A DNA stretch of 63,938 nt, counting the filler, from Reclinomonas americana ATCC 50394 (taxonomy: Eukaryota): NCBI GenBank assembly GCA_048213135.1. It is 8 parts of 4 records of this genome, joined end to end, with 100 filler letters (N's around TTAATTAATTAA, not from the genome) between each part and the next. Parts side by side here need not be neighbours in the genome. Positions count along the whole stretch, not along the records: positions 54,372 to 62,235 come from PS015325.1; positions 62,336 to 63,938 come from PS015339.1; 6 more parts are not named here. The stretch is one strand, 5' to 3'. Shown here piece after piece: positions 59,834 to 63,938 of the stretch (its first letter is position 1; each line of letters begins with the position of its first letter). Position numbers and translations under genes: made by a program. The notes beneath the pieces were generated by a model that ran no database searches, had not been told where the DNA came from, and was given only the letters and a program-made list of their open reading frames with translations.

Positions 59834-62180
59834 ATGATGCACACCACGCCACACATACGCATTCGAATTCGCGTGGCCATCACGCGCACTCTCTGGAGTG
59901 CCGCGGTCATTGCACTCATCGTCACACTCTCGTGTTCTCGTTCTGCAAGTTGCGCTGCGTGCGGACGTGTGCGCGCGCTTGCGCTCACGCTCACTCTCAC
60001 TTGCCTCCCCCTCCACACCGACTGCAGACGCACAGACAGTGACCACCGCCGTCGCCAGCAGCATCGCAGGCACGTCTGTCACTCTCAATTCGTGGGTCAA
60101 TCCCAACGGCGTCGCTGGAGGCACCACCAACTCATACGAGTGGTCTCCGTATGCGGCCGCTATTGGCGTGTCTCCCGCCACTGTCTCCACCTTTGCGGGC
60201 ACGGCGGCCACATCGGGAACGACAGATGGCGTTGGAGCCAGCGCACGACTCACAACTCCTACGGTGAGCGATGATGCGTGGCACGTCTCCTTGCCGCGCT
60301 TCTCTTGTGATGCACTGAATAGTGAGTGTGTGCCCTCTCCACAGGGACTTGCGTTTGACGCCATGGGCAACGTGTACGTGGGCGATAACGGGTTTGTCAT
60401 GCCTCCATCCCCAGCTCTGTCTGTCGTTTCGCCCTTTCCGTCGTCTCACAAACGCGCGCTTGCGATGATGATGATGGCAGCAACTGTCGCATTCGACGCA
60501 TCACACCTGCAGCCACAGTGACCACCTTTGCGGGAAGCACATGCGGCCTGCTTGATGGCACGGGAGTGGCAGCTCAGTTCAACAAGTGCGGTCTCCCTCT
60601 CCTTCCCTTTCTCTCCCTCTCCCTCCCTTCACTCACTCATCAAACACGCTCACAGTGTTGGCGGTCTAGCCATCGATCAAACCACGGGAACGATGTATGT
60701 CGCCGATGTGAGTGTGCATACTGGCATGCATGATCAAAGCTTGACGCATTTTGCTGACTCTGGCACTCTTCGTCTCTCTCCCATAGTTGACGAACCACGC
60801 TGTACGCGCCGTCACCGCAGCGGCCGTGGTCACCACGTTGGCGGGAAACGGGGCATCGGGAAGTGCCAACGGCTCTGGCGCAGCAGCCTCCTTCTTTTGG
60901 CCTGCGGGTGTGGCGGTGGATGCCACGAACCAAGTGGTGTATGTGGGCGACTGGCTCAACAACACCATTCGACAAGTGACCTACGCCGGTGTGGTGACGA
61001 CCTTCTGCGGCACTGCTGGCATGAGTGGCACTGCCGATGGCGCGTGTGTGGGAACGGCGCGATTCGGTGGTCCCAATGGCGTGCTGCTCGTCGGATCCAA
61101 GCTGTATGTTGGTGAGCACTCTGTGTGAGAGGCGGCAGAGAGATGCCGTTCATCCCGTTGTCATCTCCGTTTTTGTGTGCTTGAGTGCAGTCGATCGCAA
61201 TAGCAACTCCATCCGCGCCATCAACACGGTGGCGATGACGGTGACGACGGTGGCAGGTTCAACGAGCGGCGCGTCTGGATCCACAGATGCCACCGGTGAG
61301 TGCACCATGGGCAACTCAGTGTGATTGTTTGTATTCATACTGATCGATGCACACCAGGAACGGCTGCCCGCTTCAGCACGCCGATCGGACTGGCATACGA
61401 CCCTGGAAACAGCGTCATCTATATCTCCGATGTTGTGTATCTCCCCCCACTTCCCCCATGCGGAGCCGTCTTACGCTGTTTTATCCTGACTGCCTGATCC
61501 TCCCACACAGTCTGCCAACAACACCATTCGGCAACTCCGAGTGTCAGACTCGTCAGTGACAACGATTGGCGGCGCGGCGGGCGTGAGCGGCTCTGCCGAC
61601 GGCAGCGCACTGACCGTGGCGCGCTTCAACTCGCCGCACTTTGTTGCATTTGATGCATCGACGGCATCGGTGCTGGTTGCCGATTACACCACGCACATCA
61701 TCCGACGTCTCTCGCTGGCGTCGCAGACGTTGTCGGCCACGTTCAACGCCGTCACCGCCACCGGCTCTCTGGTCACTTCAGTCACCGCCTCACTGACTGG
61801 ATTGGTGACCAACTGGACGTACTACTACCGCGCCGTCGGCGTCACCTCCGCGCCCAGCACTACCTATGGCGCCACCGTGTCTTTCACCACCTCCACCAAT
61901 GTGGCTCCCACCGACGTCAGCTGTTCGTCGATGACGTACGTGTCGCCGTCGGTGGCGAATCAAGTCGTGTGTGCGCTGCAGACGACGGACGCGAATGTGG
62001 GCCAGTCGTTCACGTACTCGATTGTTGGTGGCGCCAACAGCGCAGTGTTTTCGATCAGCGGACAGTCGCTGGTGATTGTGGCGGCGGGCCAGGCGGGCAG
62101 CTCGCTGGCGGTCACGATCCGGTCGACGGATAATGGGTCGCCGGCGCTGTTCTTCGACAAGTCTTTCACCATTACCACGG
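59834..62180 (+). CDS. NHL/cadherin/PAN adhesin family, copy 4 (5' part)
   Basis: Signal-like exon, then exons and intron positions matching 4857-6965; ends at a gap. Confidence 0.85.
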
Positions 62181-62428
62181 GTGAGACGCAATTTGTGCTG
62201 CATGATCGTCAGACTATGTCTCTCTCTCTCTCTCTNNNNNNNNNNNNNNNNNNNNNNNNNNNNNNNNNNNNNNNNNNNNTTAATTAATTAANNNNNNNNN
62301 NNNNNNNNNNNNNNNNNNNNNNNNNNNNNNNNNNNGTACGTACGACGTACGTACGTACGTACGTACGACGTACGTACGTACGTACGTACGTACGAGACGA
62401 CGTAGACGACGTACGTACGAGAGTAGAG

Positions 62429-62513
<85 letters not shown>

Positions 62514-62795
62514 GATGCAGTCGAGAGGGGCGCGAGACTGGCGCGTTGTGGGCGCGACAAAGGACAGTCCTTGAGATGTAATGGAGGACGATACACTTGT
62601 CGACGTTTGTGTGCCTCGAAGACACCATGCTGTCTGCATCTGCGACTATACAAACATCAACAATTCATTCACCAACAAAACAAGCAACAGCAGCCGTCCG
62701 GATGACCATCTATCGAAGAGAAAGCCACAGACAACACAAGCCGAACTCTCAACCCATGCGCCTTCTCCTTCCCGCCCCCCCCCCCCCCGCCCAAG

Positions 62796-63884
62796 TCACA
62801 GACACAGGCTGCTGTCTGCGAAACAGAGATGCACAACAACCTCGGCCTCCTCCACCAGAAAGCAGCGCATTACAATCTCCACCAAACAACGCGGATCTGG
62901 ATCGTCTTCCCCTTCCCCCTCGATAGGCATCTCCTGCACCGCGCGCATCGCCGACTGTGCGCATTCGAGCTCCTGTCGAGCCAATCCACCTGGTGTGGAC
63001 CACACGCGCACTGTCTTGTCGTTAGACCCACTTACGATGAGTTGCCCATCGGGGGAGACGGCGACAGAGTTCACTTGCCCAGTGTGCCCTACCAACCGCC
63101 GCACTTCCTCGCCACTCGCCACGGACAACATTCGCACATTGTTGTCCAGGCTGCCAATCACCACGTGACGACCATCAGGAGTGATGGCGACAGAGTACAC
63201 GTCGTCATCATGTCCATCAATCCGTCGCACTTCCTCGCCGCTCTCAACGCACAACACTCGAACCATCCCGCCCCAGCTCCCGCTCACCACGTGCCGACCG
63301 TTGGGAGTGACTGCGACAGAGGTCACAATTTCCAAGTGTCGGTCCCACCGTCGCAGTTGTTCTCCACTCGCCAGTGACCACATGCACACTGTCTTGTCCC
63401 CACTCCCACTGACAACATGCTGCCCGTCGGAGGTGACGGCGACAGAGTACACGGCGCGAGTGTGCCCCTCCAGCAATTGCACTGTCTCGCCACTCGCCAG
63501 CGACCACACTCGCACACGCATTTCATTGCTCCCACTCACAATGAACTGTCCGTCGGGAGTGACCGCAACACACAGCACTGCCGCGGTGTGTCCCTTCAAC
63601 TGCTGTACTTCCTCTCCGTTCACCAGCGACCACACACGCACAGTACCATCAGCCGCTCCACTCACAATGTGCTCACTGTTGGGAGTGACGGCGACCGCAT
63701 ACACCCAACCTGTGTGTCCCTGCAAGTGCAGCACTTGCTCTCCAATCGCGGCAGACCACACTCGCACGCTGTAGTCACTCGCAGACACCACATGTTGACC
63801 AGTGGGAGTGAATGCGACGCAATGGACATTGCTAGGGTGTCCGTGCAGGCGTCGAGAAGGGAGAGATGGAGGCGCAACGGACAT
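62796..63884 (-). CDS. Intronless 7-repeat WD40 protein
   Basis: Seven regular GH..V..VA(V/I)(T/S)PDG..(I/V)VSGS.D.TVRVW repeats plus a short tail; 362 aa. Confidence 0.9.
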   Translation of the reverse strand: MSVAPPSLPSRRLHGHPSNVHCVAFTPTGQHVVSASDYSVRVWSAAIGEQVLHLQGHTGWVYAVAVTPNSEHIVSGAADGTVRVWSLVNGEEVQQLKGHTAAVLCVAVTPDGQFIVSGSNEMRVRVWSLASGETVQLLEGHTRAVYSVAVTSDGQHVVSGSGDKTVCMWSLASGEQLRRWDRHLEIVTSVAVTPNGRHVVSGSWGGMVRVLCVESGEEVRRIDGHDDDVYSVAITPDGRHVVIGSLDNNVRMLSVASGEEVRRLVGHTGQVNSVAVSPDGQLIVSGSNDKTVRVWSTPGGLARQELECAQSAMRAVQEMPIEGEGEDDPDPRCLVEIVMRCFLVEEAEVVVHLCFADSSLCL

Positions 63885-63938
63885 GATGTGTGAGTGAGAG
63901 AGAGAGAGAGAGGGTGAGGGAGAGGAGTGGAGGAGGGA

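Larger units (their letters stand above)
19575..62291. other. Artificial scaffold joiners N~45-TTAATTAATTAA-N~45 (7 sites)
   Basis: At 19575, 25942, 31994, 43580, 49443, 54316 and 62280. The 12-mer gives stops in all six frames and is always embedded in Ns. Confidence 0.95.

Overview
Eukaryotic, not prokaryotic, DNA: a gene-dense, microsatellite-rich scaffold from an unidentified, probably flagellated protist. Genes are split by many short (mostly ~55-80 nt) spliceosomal introns, so the ORF track fragments them; I spliced the models by eye. The window has many N-gaps and seven artificial TTAATTAATTAA joiners. Recognisable genes are THOC1, a calflagin/FCaBP-like EF-hand protein, CLN5, a DRAM/Frag1-family protein, WW-containing PCIF1/CAPAM, UBC2/RAD6, an MFS transporter, an LRR-coiled-coil protein and a WD40 protein. 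Highlights: (1) an intronless >5.8 kb ORF with ~60 x 22-aa repeats, phage tail-fibre-like motifs and an Asp-box propeller, apparently attached to intron-containing host exons ending in a TM start; (2) a 3-4 copy family of large secreted proteins with NHL propellers inserted into FN3-like domains, plus cadherin-like and PAN/Apple domains and signs of gene conversion; (3) PCIF1 with HPPY instead of NPPF; (4) a BTB-BACK-DUSP-UBL fusion; (5) frequent GC-AG introns, including a GT-to-GC switch between paralogs; (6) recurrent palindromic promoter motifs. All family calls come from motif recognition, not database searches, and exon boundaries are predictions.
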